A stretch of 64,000 nucleotides of DNA from the NCBI GenBank assembly GCA_963826115.1, contig CAWGVS010000006.1:64001-128000 (forward strand). The letters run 5' to 3'. Shown here piece after piece: positions 19,946 to 30,164 of this stretch. Position numbers and translations under genes: made by a program. Each line of letters opens with the position of its first letter. Position 1 is the first letter of the stretch. Source of the stretch: an uncultured Candidatus Rokubacteria bacterium. Lineage in GTDB: Bacteria > Methylomirabilota > Methylomirabilia > Rokubacteriales > DASRDR01. The notes under the pieces are model-generated. The model saw only the letters and a program-made list of their open reading frames with translations. It was not told the origin of the DNA and made no database searches.

Positions 19946-21763
19946 CTACTGCGTCGGCTGGAGATTCCAGAGCACCATCGCGTAGGTGAGGTGCCAGAAC
20001 GCGCCGTTGACGTACGGCGTCTCCGCCGTCGGCCAGTTCTGCCAGTACGTCGTGTTCATGGGGATCCGGTGGATGTTGTGGACGAGCGGGATGTCCGGGA
20101 GCTCGGGGAGCCAGATCTCCATCGCCTTGTGGAAGAGCTCCATCAGGCGCGCCTTGTTCCGCATGTCGGTGACGAACACGTCGTCGACGATCTTGTTGTA
20201 GGCCTCGTTCTTCCAGCGGGCGAAGTTGACGAGGTGCGCGCCGGGCACGGCGACGGTGCTGCTCTGGTAGAGGCGGAGGGTGTAGTAGGGGTCGTTGACC
20301 CCGCCGCCGTGGCCGTAGATCGCCCCCGTGAACTGGCCCTTCTGGAACCGGTCGTCGAAGTCCGGCGGCAGGTTCATGCTCGCGTCGACTCCCTGCCGCT
20401 TGAGGAGCTCCACCAGGACGGGCCCGATCGCCGGGCCGCTCGAGCCGAACCCGATGATGTCGAGCTTGAGCCGGTTGCCCTGAGCGTCGACCCACATCCC
20501 CTGGGCGTCCTTCTTCCAGCCCTTCTTGCCGAGGAGGGCCTCGCCCTTCTTCGGGTCGAACTCCAGCGTGTTGTGCTTGGCGAGGAGGTCCTTCACCCCG
20601 TCGATGTACGGCTTCAGCGCCGGGTACTCGGGGAGCGGCAGCGGGGACACCAGCGCGGCGCCGAGGTACCCGACGTCGACGATCTGCTGGCGGTCGATGA
20701 ACGAGCTGATGGCCCACCGCACGTCCTTGTCGTCGAACGGCGGCCGCTCGTTGTTCACGTAGAGCGAGATGGGCCACCAGTCCATGTAGCCGTACGGCGG
20801 CTTCTGCCCGGAGTGCGTGATGATCTTCGGGTTCTGCCGGAAGATCGTCTGGAACGTCGCGGGCTGCATGGATCCCGCGTAGTCGATCTGGTTGGAGATC
20901 AGCAGCTGGGCGTTCTGCTGCTCGGTCGCGTTGGGGAGCCAGATGTTGCGCTCCACCTTGGGCATCGGCGCCAGGCCCGCCTTGGCCGCCCACCACTCGT
21001 CGCGGCGGTCGATCACCTTCTGCTGGGGCGAGGAGAACGCCACCTGCCAGGGGCCCGTCGTCACCGGCTGGCCCTTGGCGACGTCGAAGTGCTTGAACGT
21101 CGTCCAGTCCTGGCCCTGGAAGATGTGCTTCGGCACGATGTAGACGCCGATGTCGTACTTGTAGGTCAGGAAGAAGAAGAACCGGGGCGCGGGGACCTTG
21201 AACTTGATCACGACCGTGTTGGCGTCGGTCGCGCGCGCCTCCTGCATGAACTGCTGGACGTCGACGCCCCAGCGGACCTTCGGGCCGAGGTCCCGCAGGC
21301 TGGTGAGCGTGTAGGCCACGTCCTCGGCCGAGAAGGGCGCGCCGTCGCTCCACTTGATCCCGGAGCGGGTCTTGATCGTCAGCTCCTTGAAGTCCGGGCT
21401 GTACCGGTAGCTCTCGGCGAGCCACAGGTACTCCTTGTCGGCGAAGGCGCTGTAGTAGGCCAGGGGCTCGTAGAGGATGCCCGGCCCGTTCTGGTGGTTC
21501 GACCCGATGGAGTACGGGTTCCACAGCTCGAAGTCGACCCACCGGCCCTCGCGGCTGCCGATCCAGACGAGGCTGAGCGTGCGGTTCCGGGCGACGGTCT
21601 TGAGCTGGGCCGAGGCCGGCCGGGCCGGGAGGACGGCCGCGGCGCCCACGGCGCCCGCCGCGAGGGCGCCCGTCTTGATGAGGTCCCGGCGGCTCAGCCC
21701 GCCCGCGCGCGCGGGCGTGACGCCGGTCCCGTTCAGGCCGTTCGAGGTCCCGTCGTGAGACAC
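19946..21763 (-). CDS. Family 5 ABC substrate-binding protein with Tat signal
   Basis: LSRRDLIK Tat motif; KWSDGAPFSAEDVAYT SBP5 motif. Confidence 0.9.
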   Translation of the reverse strand: MSHDGTSNGLNGTGVTPARAGGLSRRDLIKTGALAAGAVGAAAVLPARPASAQLKTVARNRTLSLVWIGSREGRWVDFELWNPYSIGSNHQNGPGILYEPLAYYSAFADKEYLWLAESYRYSPDFKELTIKTRSGIKWSDGAPFSAEDVAYTLTSLRDLGPKVRWGVDVQQFMQEARATDANTVVIKFKVPAPRFFFFLTYKYDIGVYIVPKHIFQGQDWTTFKHFDVAKGQPVTTGPWQVAFSSPQQKVIDRRDEWWAAKAGLAPMPKVERNIWLPNATEQQNAQLLISNQIDYAGSMQPATFQTIFRQNPKIITHSGQKPPYGYMDWWPISLYVNNERPPFDDKDVRWAISSFIDRQQIVDVGYLGAALVSPLPLPEYPALKPYIDGVKDLLAKHNTLEFDPKKGEALLGKKGWKKDAQGMWVDAQGNRLKLDIIGFGSSGPAIGPVLVELLKRQGVDASMNLPPDFDDRFQKGQFTGAIYGHGGGVNDPYYTLRLYQSSTVAVPGAHLVNFARWKNEAYNKIVDDVFVTDMRNKARLMELFHKAMEIWLPELPDIPLVHNIHRIPMNTTYWQNWPTAETPYVNGAFWHLTYAMVLWNLQPTQ

Positions 21764-21936
21764 CGTCGTCTCCTTTCGCCCCGGCCGGCGGGCGCCGGCC
21801 GAGTCTCGCGTGCGTTCGAGCCAGGGAACCCCTTGCGCCCGAGGTGAAGGAAGTATATGAAACCCATCACGAACCCGCGTGGTCTGTCAAGCGGACGCCC
21901 GCGCGCGGGAACGACACGGACCAGGGAGGACCGAGC

Positions 21937-22983
21937 GTGGCACGGTTCAAGGTGGTGACGCCCGAGGGAGTGAGCTTCGGCCCGCCAGGGGTGGGCTACG
22001 ACAGCGAGATGGAGGCGCTCGGGCCGATCGGCGCCGAGATCGTCGACATCCCGCCGGGGAGCGACGACGAGTTCATCGCGGCGGCCCGGGACGCCGACGC
22101 GCTCTACGTCAAGGTTCGGCGCATCAACAAGCGGATCATCGACGGGCTGGAGCGGTGCCGCGTGATCTCGCTCGGGATGGTCGGCGTGGACTCGGTCGAC
22201 GTCGCGGCGGCCACCGCGCGCGGCATCCCGGTCACCAACGTGCCCGACACGTTCATCGAGGAAGTCGCCGACCACGCGCTCATGCTGATCCTGGCCTCGT
22301 ACCGGCGCCTGACCCTCATGGACCGGTACGTGCGCGAGGGCCGCTGGGCCGAGGGCCGGCCGCACCTCTCGCTGTTCCCCCGGCTGTGGGGCCTGACCCT
22401 CGGGCTGATCGCCTTCGGCCACGTGGCCCGCGCGGTCGCGAAGCGGGCGCAGCCGTTCGGCCTGCGGATCCTCGCCTACGATCCGTACGTCGACGAGACG
22501 GTGATGACCCAGCACGACGTCGAGCCGGTGGGGCTCCACGACCTCCTGCGGCGCTCGGACATCGTCTCCATGCACGCGCCGGCGACGGCGGACGCCTTCC
22601 ATCTCCTGACCGAGGAGCACTTCAGGTTGATGAAGCGGGAGGCCCTGTTCGTCAACACGGGCCGCGGATCGACGGTCGACGAAGCCGCCCTGGTGAAGGC
22701 GCTGGAGGAGGGCTGGATCGCGGGCGCCGGGCTGGACGTGTTCGAGCAGGAGCCGGCGATCACGACCAACCCGCTGCTCCGGATGGAGAACGTCATCCTC
22801 ACGCCGCACGTCGCCTCGGCGTCGGCGCGCATGGATCCGGAGCGGCGCCGCCGCGTGGGCCGCGAGATCGCCCTCGTGCTGACCGGCCGCTGGCCGATGA
22901 GCTGCGTGAACCCGACGGTGCTGGAGAAGACGACGCTCAGGCGCTGGCAGCCGTACTCGATGGAGCGCGGCCCCGGCAACTGA
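21937..22983 (+). CDS. D-2-hydroxyacid dehydrogenase (CtBP-like)
   Basis: EEVADHA, FVNTGRG, LDVFEQEP and TPHVAS motifs; GGAGG RBS. Confidence 0.88.
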   Translation: MARFKVVTPEGVSFGPPGVGYDSEMEALGPIGAEIVDIPPGSDDEFIAAARDADALYVKVRRINKRIIDGLERCRVISLGMVGVDSVDVAAATARGIPVTNVPDTFIEEVADHALMLILASYRRLTLMDRYVREGRWAEGRPHLSLFPRLWGLTLGLIAFGHVARAVAKRAQPFGLRILAYDPYVDETVMTQHDVEPVGLHDLLRRSDIVSMHAPATADAFHLLTEEHFRLMKREALFVNTGRGSTVDEAALVKALEEGWIAGAGLDVFEQEPAITTNPLLRMENVILTPHVASASARMDPERRRRVGREIALVLTGRWPMSCVNPTVLEKTTLRRWQPYSMERGPGN

Positions 22984-23023
22984 CCGGTTCGCGCGGCGGG
23001 GGGACTCGGGGGCGGCGCGCCCG

Positions 23024-23695
23024 TCAGGACGTCGTGGTGCCCGCCTCGCCCCCGAAGAGGCCGCTGTCGAGGGCGTAGCGGACGAGCTCGGCGCGGCTCT
23101 GGAGCCCGAGCTTCTCCACCAGGCGGGCCCGGTACGTCTCGACGGTCTTGACCGAGAGCCCGAGGTGGTCCGCGATCTGCTGGTTGGTGTAACCCTGGGC
23201 CACCAGCTCCAGGACCTCGCGCTCCCGCTGGCTCAGCGGGGTGGCCGGCGTGCCGCCGGTGGCGCCGCGCCGGCGGAGCCCGCTCTGCACCACGCTCGCC
23301 GCGAGCGCGGGGTCGAGCGCGGTCCGCCCGCGGTGCACGTCGCGAATGGCGGCCAGGAGCGCGGAGTCCGCCGCGCGCTTCACGACGTACCCCGAGGCCC
23401 CCGCGGCCAGCGCGGCGCGGAGATACGCCGGCATGTCGTGCATCGTGAGGACGAGCACGCGCGTGGCCGGCGCCGCCTCACGGATGCGCTCGATCGCCTT
23501 GATGCCGCTGGACCCGGGCATGCTGATGTCGACCAGCGCGACGTCGGGGCGGAGCGCGGAGGCCTTCCGCACGGCCTCGTCACCGTCGCTCGCCTCACCC
23601 ACCACCTCCAGGTCCCGCTGGCTGCTGATGAGCATGCGGAGCCCGGACCGGAGGACGGCGTGATCATCCGCGATGAGGATCCGGATCCTTGCCAT
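23024..23695 (-). CDS. NarL/LuxR-family response regulator
   Basis: ADDH and DISMP receiver motifs; LSQREREVL...LSVKTVETYR HTH. Confidence 0.93.
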   Translation of the reverse strand: MARIRILIADDHAVLRSGLRMLISSQRDLEVVGEASDGDEAVRKASALRPDVALVDISMPGSSGIKAIERIREAAPATRVLVLTMHDMPAYLRAALAAGASGYVVKRAADSALLAAIRDVHRGRTALDPALAASVVQSGLRRRGATGGTPATPLSQREREVLELVAQGYTNQQIADHLGLSVKTVETYRARLVEKLGLQSRAELVRYALDSGLFGGEAGTTTS

Positions 23696-25685
23696 CAATG
23701 CCTCCAGAGACTGGCACCCGCACGTAGATCGTAGTGCCCTCGCCAGGAGTCGATTCGATCGTGACCGTTCCGTCGAGGAGCGCCGCGCGCTCCCGCATGC
23801 CGTGGAGTCCGAGCTGCGCCCGCGCGGCGGGCGTGCGCAGGGTGGCCTCGACGTCGAACCCGCAGCCGTCGTCGGACACGATGGCCTGGACCAGCTCCCG
23901 GCGCCGCTGGAGCACGACGTTCGCGGTCCGCGCGCCCGAGTGCTTCGCCGCGTTCGTCAGGGCTTCCTGGATGATGCGGTAGAGGGCGGCCTCGACGGTG
24001 GGCGGCACCCGCCCCGCCCCGAAGCCCACGGCGCTCACCTCGACGGCGATGCTCCGCATCTGTGCGTGGTCGAGCGCCAGCTGCTCGATGGCCGGCACCA
24101 GCCCGAGCTCGTCGAGCACGCCGGGCCGGAGCCCGCGGGCCAGCCGGCGGACCTCGTCGAGGGTCCGCGCGGTCACCCGCCGGAGGTCGGCGGCCTGGTC
24201 GTGCACCGCCTCGAGGGTCGGCGCCTCGGTGAGGGTGCGGAGACCGACCAGGAGCGAGGTGAGCGACTGCCCGGTCTCGTCATGGAGCTCGCGCGCCAGG
24301 CGCCGTTGCTCCTCCTCCTGAGCCGCCGTCACCTGCTCGAGGAGCCGCGCCCGCACCTCGGCGTGCCGGCGGCGCTCCGTCACATCGTGGGTCACGACGG
24401 AGTACCCCACGAAGCGCCCCTCGTTGCGGACCGCGGTGATCAGCCCCTCGGCCCAGAACCGGCTGCCGTCCTTGCGGATGCGCCAGCCCTCCTCGACCGC
24501 CCGCCCCTCCGACGCCGCGCGCTCGAGGGCGCGCGCCGGGCCGCCCTGCCGCGCCTCCTCCGGGAGGTAGAACGTCCCGACCGGCTGGCCGACGATCTCC
24601 TCCGCGGTGTAGCCCTGCAGGCGCTCGGCGCCGGCGTTCCAGCTCTCCACCCGTCCCGCGCGGTCCAGCATGTAGAAGGCGTAGTCGCGCACGCCGTCGA
24701 CCAGGAGTCGGAAGCGCCCCTCGGCGGTCTCCGCGTCGTGGCGCGCGCGCTGCTCGGCCTCGAAGAGCCGAGCCCGGCCGATGGCGGTGGCGATCCGGTC
24801 CGCGACGAGCTCGAGGAGCCGGGTGTCGTCCGGGGTGAAGCGCCGCGGCGACAGGCTGCCGACGTGGACGACGCCGATGCCGCGGCCGTCGAGGACGAGC
24901 GGGGTACCGAGGAGCGTGTGGAGGCCCTTGCCCCGGAGGATCGGGCTCACGACCTCCGCCTTGTTCACGTCCTCGATGACCATCGTGACGGCGCGGGCGG
25001 CGATGGTGCCGGCGATCCCGCGCCCGAACGGGATCCGCATGTCGAGCTTCACCTCTTCCTCGAGCCCGTGCGCCGCCTTCACCGCCAGCTCCGTCCCCTC
25101 GTCGTTGAGGAGGAGGATGACCACCGTGTCGGCGACCATCGCGTCGCGGACTCGCCCTAGGAGCTCGGGCAGGAGGTCGTCCAGGCGCAGGTGCGTGAGC
25201 GCGGTGTCCGTCACCCGCTGCACGGCCCGGATCTGGTGCGCCGCCGCCTCGAGCGCGAGCCGCGCGCCCTGCTCGCTGGCGGCGAGGGCCTGGGCGCGCG
25301 ACTCCGTACGGCGGAGCACGCCGCACACCGCGCAGATGACCAGCGCCTCGACCACGAAAACCCCGAGCCGCGTCACGACCGCGGTGTTGATCGAGCCGAT
25401 GTCGGCGCCCGAGCCGATCAGCGCCCGCACCCCGACGAGCGCGCCCACCGCGGTGGTGAGGAGGCCAGGTCCGAGCCCCCCGTACCACGCGCTCAGCATC
25501 ACCGCTCCGAGGTAGAGGGGGAAGTCCCCGCGATCCACGTACGGCTCGAGCGGATACGACAGGAGCCAGGCGGACGCCGAGGCCACCGCGGCCAGGAGGT
25601 ACTCCCGGACGGGCTGGCCGGCCGCGCGGGTGGGCGCGGCGGCGGGGGCGGCGCCTTCTAGCGGGGTACGTAGAGGTCCGGCCAC
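23664..25685 (-). CDS. Membrane sensor histidine kinase (TM-GAF-PAS-HisKA_3-HATPase)
   Basis: ARELHDETGQ, QEALTNAAKHS and DDGCGF motifs; PAS RKDGSRFW; start uncertain. Confidence 0.88.
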   Translation of the reverse strand: MAGPLRTPLEGAAPAAAPTRAAGQPVREYLLAAVASASAWLLSYPLEPYVDRGDFPLYLGAVMLSAWYGGLGPGLLTTAVGALVGVRALIGSGADIGSINTAVVTRLGVFVVEALVICAVCGVLRRTESRAQALAASEQGARLALEAAAHQIRAVQRVTDTALTHLRLDDLLPELLGRVRDAMVADTVVILLLNDEGTELAVKAAHGLEEEVKLDMRIPFGRGIAGTIAARAVTMVIEDVNKAEVVSPILRGKGLHTLLGTPLVLDGRGIGVVHVGSLSPRRFTPDDTRLLELVADRIATAIGRARLFEAEQRARHDAETAEGRFRLLVDGVRDYAFYMLDRAGRVESWNAGAERLQGYTAEEIVGQPVGTFYLPEEARQGGPARALERAASEGRAVEEGWRIRKDGSRFWAEGLITAVRNEGRFVGYSVVTHDVTERRRHAEVRARLLEQVTAAQEEEQRRLARELHDETGQSLTSLLVGLRTLTEAPTLEAVHDQAADLRRVTARTLDEVRRLARGLRPGVLDELGLVPAIEQLALDHAQMRSIAVEVSAVGFGAGRVPPTVEAALYRIIQEALTNAAKHSGARTANVVLQRRRELVQAIVSDDGCGFDVEATLRTPAARAQLGLHGMRERAALLDGTVTIESTPGEGTTIYVRVPVSGGIDGKDPDPHRG

Positions 25686-26740
25686 TGGTCGTTCCCGGGG
25701 TGATGGGTGAGCCGCACCGCCTCGCTCACCGGTCGCCCGATCGGCCACACGAAGATCTCGTAGTCGGCGCGGTCGTGCTCGTGTCCGCTCGCCGCCGCGC
25801 CCCAGGCGAGCCAGCGCCCGTCGTTGGAAACGCGCGGGAAGTACTCGTGGCTGTAGGTGCCGGGCAGGTCCATGAACGTGGTCCGCTCCCGGCCCGGTCC
25901 GCCGCTCACGATCCGGGTGCCGCCGTTCCCCTCGGCCTCCATCCACAGGAGCGCGTCCGACCCCGGCATCCAGGTGATCTGGCACGCCTGGCCCGGCGAC
26001 AGCCGGGTGACCGCCCGCGTGGCGAGGTCCACGACGGCCACGCCGCCGTACTGGCGGCTCCGCACGGTGACGGCGAGCCGCGTCCCGTCGGGGGAGAGCT
26101 CCGGCGTCTCCATCCCGCCCGCGATGCCCGCGGTCGTCGGTCCGTCGAGCAGGACGGATTCCCGTCCGGGACCGTCGCCGTCGAGCGTGAGCCGGATCAC
26201 CTGATCGCCCCGGAGGAAGATGATCGCGTCCCCCGTGGGAGCCCACTGCGGCGAGTACCCGTTCCGGGCGAGTAGCCGCTCGCCCGACCCGTCCACGCGC
26301 ATGACGTAGACGTCCCAAGCGGTGGGGTCACGGGGACTCACGTAGTCCCGCTGGCTCCGGGCGAAGAGGATCCGCCGCCCGTCCGGCGAGAACCGCGAGA
26401 AGAACTCGACCTGGGGGGTGTGCGTGAGCTGTCGCACGGTCCGCGTCCGGAGGTCGAGGAGGTACAGCTCGTGGTTGCCGGTGCGGTTGGACGACCACAC
26501 CAGGAGCCCGCCGAGCCGGTGGGAGAGCGTCTCGACCGCGGCCTGCTCGGGTGGGGTCAGCCCCGCCAGCCGGACCCGGCGCGGCACGCGGGGCGGGAAC
26601 ACGGTCGCCAGCAGCCGTTCCGGCAGGTTGGCGACCGTCGCCAGCGAGTGCGGCAAGTGGGGGCTGATCTGCGGCAGGGCGAAGAACAGGCCGACGAGCG
26701 CGGCGAGGCCGAGGCCAGCGAGGATCAGCCCACGGCGCAT
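25658..26740 (-). CDS. TolB-like PD40 beta-propeller protein with N-terminal membrane anchor
   Basis: FSPDGRRI, LSPDGTRLA and SNDGRWLA repeats. Confidence 0.8.
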   Translation of the reverse strand: MRRGLILAGLGLAALVGLFFALPQISPHLPHSLATVANLPERLLATVFPPRVPRRVRLAGLTPPEQAAVETLSHRLGGLLVWSSNRTGNHELYLLDLRTRTVRQLTHTPQVEFFSRFSPDGRRILFARSQRDYVSPRDPTAWDVYVMRVDGSGERLLARNGYSPQWAPTGDAIIFLRGDQVIRLTLDGDGPGRESVLLDGPTTAGIAGGMETPELSPDGTRLAVTVRSRQYGGVAVVDLATRAVTRLSPGQACQITWMPGSDALLWMEAEGNGGTRIVSGGPGRERTTFMDLPGTYSHEYFPRVSNDGRWLAWGAAASGHEHDRADYEIFVWPIGRPVSEAVRLTHHPGNDQWPDLYVPR

Positions 26741-26826
26741 CCTCACGCCAGTATCGCACGAGCGCATCGGGGGATCGGCGGGCGGCCAGGTGACGGCGCG
26801 CGCCGGGGTCGGGGGCGACAGCGCGG

Positions 26827-27327
26827 TCAGATCGCGGGCCGTCGATAGTACCGGCCCAGCTTGCCTTCATCGGCGACCGCGACGGGCTGCCAGTCCACCC
26901 ACCGGGCGAGGTACTCCTCCACCGAGCCCGCGGCGGCCCAGCATCGATACTCGGCGTCCGCGATGACGGACTCGGCCAGGCACGCGTACTCCACGTAGCC
27001 GTCCGAGCGGGTGAGGTCGAGCTCCGCGAAATCCTCAGGCCGGAACGCTCGGACGTGCAGCACCGTCTCGCTCTCCGGTCCGAACCGGAACGCTTTCGCG
27101 ATGTGGGGGAACGCGCAGACGAAGCCGACGCCCTCGACGCCGGCCCGTTTCAGCCCCGCCAGGACCGCGTCCCGGTCGAGGCCCGTCCGGTCCCACTCGT
27201 ACCGCTCGGGCCGGGCCCGGCCGACGATGTCGATGTAGTAGACCTTGAACGCGTGCGGGCCGTGCTCGTAGACCGCGCGGCCGGCGGGGCGGGCGGCGTA
27301 GCTCTGGCACGCGTCGATCGGGTGCAC
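26827..27327 (-). CDS. Hypothetical protein
   Basis: Normal composition; starts 3 nt after the metB-like stop. Confidence 0.65.
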   Translation of the reverse strand: MHPIDACQSYAARPAGRAVYEHGPHAFKVYYIDIVGRARPERYEWDRTGLDRDAVLAGLKRAGVEGVGFVCAFPHIAKAFRFGPESETVLHVRAFRPEDFAELDLTRSDGYVEYACLAESVIADAEYRCWAAAGSVEEYLARWVDWQPVAVADEGKLGRYYRRPAI

Positions 27328-27330
27328 GGC

Positions 27331-28584
27331 CTACACCCGGCCCAGGGCCTGGTCGAGGTCCGCGACGAGGTCGTCGCCGTCCTCGATCCCGACCGCGTAG
27401 CGCACCAGCGAGTCTCGGATCCCGATCCGGAGCCGCTCCTCGGTGGTGAGCTCGTAAAAGCTCATGAGGGCGGGCTGCTCGATCAGGCTCTCCACGCCGC
27501 CGAGCGACGGCGCGATCCGCGGGATGCGGCAGGCGTCCACCAGGCGAGACGCGGCGGCGAGGTCGCCCCGCACCTCGAACGAGACGACGCCGCCGAATCC
27601 CTTCATCTGGCGCCGCGCGAGGTCGTGCTCGGGGTGGCTCTTGAGCCCCGGGTAGTGCACACGCTCGACCTTCGGGTGCGCCTCGAGGAACTCGGCCACG
27701 CGCTGGGCGTTCTCGTTCTGGCGCGCCACCCGGAGCGCCAGGGTCTTGATGCCCCGGATGAGGAGGTAGGCGCCGAGCGGATCGGGCACCGCCCCGACCA
27801 CCGAGTGGAGGTCGCGGATCGCGCTCACCAGGCTCCGGCTGCCCAGCACGACGCCCGCCATCAGGTCGTTGTGCCCGCCGAGGTACTTGGTGGCGGAGTG
27901 GATGACCAGGTCGACGCCGAACTCGAGGGGCCGCTGGTTGATCGGCGTCGCGAAGGTGGAGTCGATGACCGTCTTCACGCGGTGGCGGCGGCCGATCTCG
28001 GTCAGGCGCTCGAGGTCGACGACCCGGTTGTAGGGGTTCGTCGGGGACTCGCTGAAGATCACGCGCGTCGCGCCCCGGATCGCCTCCTCCATGCGCTCGT
28101 AGTCGCCCGCGGGCACCGTGGTGACCTCGACCCCGTACCGGCGCAGGACCTGGTTGAGGAACTGGCGGGTGCGCCGGTAGGCATCGTCCGTCACGACCAC
28201 GTGGGCCCCCTTGGCGAGCATCGCGAAGAGGGTCGTGGTGATCGCCGCCATGCCGCTCGAGAAGAGGAGGCCCTCCTGGGCCCCCTCGAGGGCCGCCAGC
28301 TTTCGTTCCGCCACGCGCTGGGTCGGGTTGCCGTAGCGGCCGTACTCGTCGCGCTCGACGCGCCCCTCGAAGTGGTCCGCGATCTCCTGGCTGTCGCGGA
28401 ACGCATAGGTCGCCGTCTGGACGATGGGCGCCGTGAGCGCGCTGGCCAGCTTCTGGCGCGGCTCTCCGCCGTGGACGGCCTGGGTGCTGGGGCCCGGCTC
28501 GCGGGACGGCTCGCCGGCGGCCCGGGGCGGGGTCGCGGGGGCGGGCGGCGGGGCGGGGGTCCGGTGCTGTCGCGAGTTGGGCAA
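27331..28584 (-). CDS. metB: Cystathionine gamma-synthase (plant-type-like)
   Basis: YGRYGNPT, ESPTNP, HSATKYLGGHND (PLP Lys) and APSLGGVESL motifs. Confidence 0.82.
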   Translation of the reverse strand: MPNSRQHRTPAPPPAPATPPRAAGEPSREPGPSTQAVHGGEPRQKLASALTAPIVQTATYAFRDSQEIADHFEGRVERDEYGRYGNPTQRVAERKLAALEGAQEGLLFSSGMAAITTTLFAMLAKGAHVVVTDDAYRRTRQFLNQVLRRYGVEVTTVPAGDYERMEEAIRGATRVIFSESPTNPYNRVVDLERLTEIGRRHRVKTVIDSTFATPINQRPLEFGVDLVIHSATKYLGGHNDLMAGVVLGSRSLVSAIRDLHSVVGAVPDPLGAYLLIRGIKTLALRVARQNENAQRVAEFLEAHPKVERVHYPGLKSHPEHDLARRQMKGFGGVVSFEVRGDLAAASRLVDACRIPRIAPSLGGVESLIEQPALMSFYELTTEERLRIGIRDSLVRYAVGIEDGDDLVADLDQALGRV

Positions 28585-28585
28585 A

Positions 28586-29935
28586 TCAGGCCTCCATGAG
28601 CCGCATCTTGTCCGCGTGCCGGCGGATCGCGTCGTGCACGAGCCGGGGATCGGGCCCGATCTCCAGCGGCCGATTCGCGTACGTGGACGACAGGCCCGGG
28701 ATCAGTCCCATGTGGTACGCGGTCTTCTGCTCGGCGAACTTGAGCCCGTGCGCCGTGGAGATCACCACCACGCGCTCGTTGGAGCGTATGATCTTGCGCT
28801 CGACGAGCTTCCGGAGGACCGCCAGGGCGACGCCGGTGTGCGGGCAGTTGAACATCCCGGTGCGATCGGCGCGCGCCGCCTCGTCGGCGAGCTCGGACTC
28901 GGTGGCCTGCTCGACGACGCCGTTGAACTGCCGGAGGGCCTTGACGGCGCGCTTGTAGCTGACGGGGTTGCCGATCTGGATGGCGCTCGCGAGCGTCTTC
29001 TCCGCCTGCACCGGGTGGTAGGTCTCGAAGCCCCGGAGGTAGGCGAGGTAGAGGGGATTCGCGTTCTCGGCCTGCGCCACCGCGATGCGGGGGAGCTTCT
29101 GGATGAGCCCGAGCTCCTTCATCATGAGGAAACCCTTGCCGAGCGCGCTCGTGTTTCCGAGGTTCCCGCCCGGGATGACGACCCAGTCGGGGACCTCCCA
29201 GTCGAACTGCTGCACGAGCTCGATGGACACGGTCTTCTGCCCCTCGAGGCGGAGGCTGTTCATGGAGTTGGCGAGGTAGATCGTCCGCTCCTCGGTGATC
29301 TCCTGGACCAGCGCCATGCACCCGTCGAAATCGGTGTCCAGCGCGAGCACGAGCGCCCCGTTCGCCAGCGGCTGCACGAGCTGCGCGGGCGAGACCCTGT
29401 TGCGCGGGAGCAGGACCACGGCCGGAATCCCGGCGGCCGCGCAGTAGTTGGCGAGCGCGGCCGACGTGTCCCCGGTGGACGCGCAGGCGATGGCGGTGAT
29501 CGAGGCCCCCTCCTTCATCATCTGCTTGACCACCGACACGAGCACGGTCATCCCGAGGTCCTTGAAGGACCCGGTGTGGGAGTTGCCGCACTGCTTGACC
29601 CAGAGGTCGTCGACCCCGAGCATCTTCCCGTAGCGGTCTGCCCACAGGAGGTTCGTGCCACCCTCGTAGGTCGACACGATGCTCTCGTTGTCGATGAACG
29701 GGACGACCCACTCCTTCTTGCCCCACACCCCGGACCCGTAGGGGAACACGTTCCGGCGGTACCGGTCGTCGAAGAGCTGCATCCACGCGGCGGCCGACCG
29801 GCGGCGGAGGGGCTCCAGGTCGTGGACCACGTCGAGGAGGTCGTTGCACGTGGGGCAGCGATAGATGATCTCGAGGAGGCTGTAGCGGCCGGGGCAGCCG
29901 TTGACGCACTCGAACCAGGCGCTGTACTCGCTCAT
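28586..29935 (-). CDS. thrC: Threonine synthase (plant-type-like)
   Basis: [28 protein letters not shown] and PGGNLGN motifs. Confidence 0.92.
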   Translation of the reverse strand: MSEYSAWFECVNGCPGRYSLLEIIYRCPTCNDLLDVVHDLEPLRRRSAAAWMQLFDDRYRRNVFPYGSGVWGKKEWVVPFIDNESIVSTYEGGTNLLWADRYGKMLGVDDLWVKQCGNSHTGSFKDLGMTVLVSVVKQMMKEGASITAIACASTGDTSAALANYCAAAGIPAVVLLPRNRVSPAQLVQPLANGALVLALDTDFDGCMALVQEITEERTIYLANSMNSLRLEGQKTVSIELVQQFDWEVPDWVVIPGGNLGNTSALGKGFLMMKELGLIQKLPRIAVAQAENANPLYLAYLRGFETYHPVQAEKTLASAIQIGNPVSYKRAVKALRQFNGVVEQATESELADEAARADRTGMFNCPHTGVALAVLRKLVERKIIRSNERVVVISTAHGLKFAEQKTAYHMGLIPGLSSTYANRPLEIGPDPRLVHDAIRRHADKMRLMEA

Positions 29936-30164
29936 GACACACACCCTCTCGAAGGTCGCAAAGCGCCCTATCGTCCCATGGGGGGGCAGGGTGGCTCAAC
30001 TGGAGCCGTGGCCCCCCGGGGTCCGCTCCGGCCGGTCCGTCACGGGGGCGGCGAGCGTTGCTCCTCGCCTAGGCCAGAGGGTACACTCCGTTACGAGGCG
30101 CTGGTGCCCGGGCGAGGCCCGAATAGGGCGAGGTTTCCCCGGGTCTAACCAGCGCGAGACGACG

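Noticed and set aside
29936-30164. SAM riboswitch or T-box upstream of thrC-metB
   Set aside because: No recognisable consensus motifs by eye
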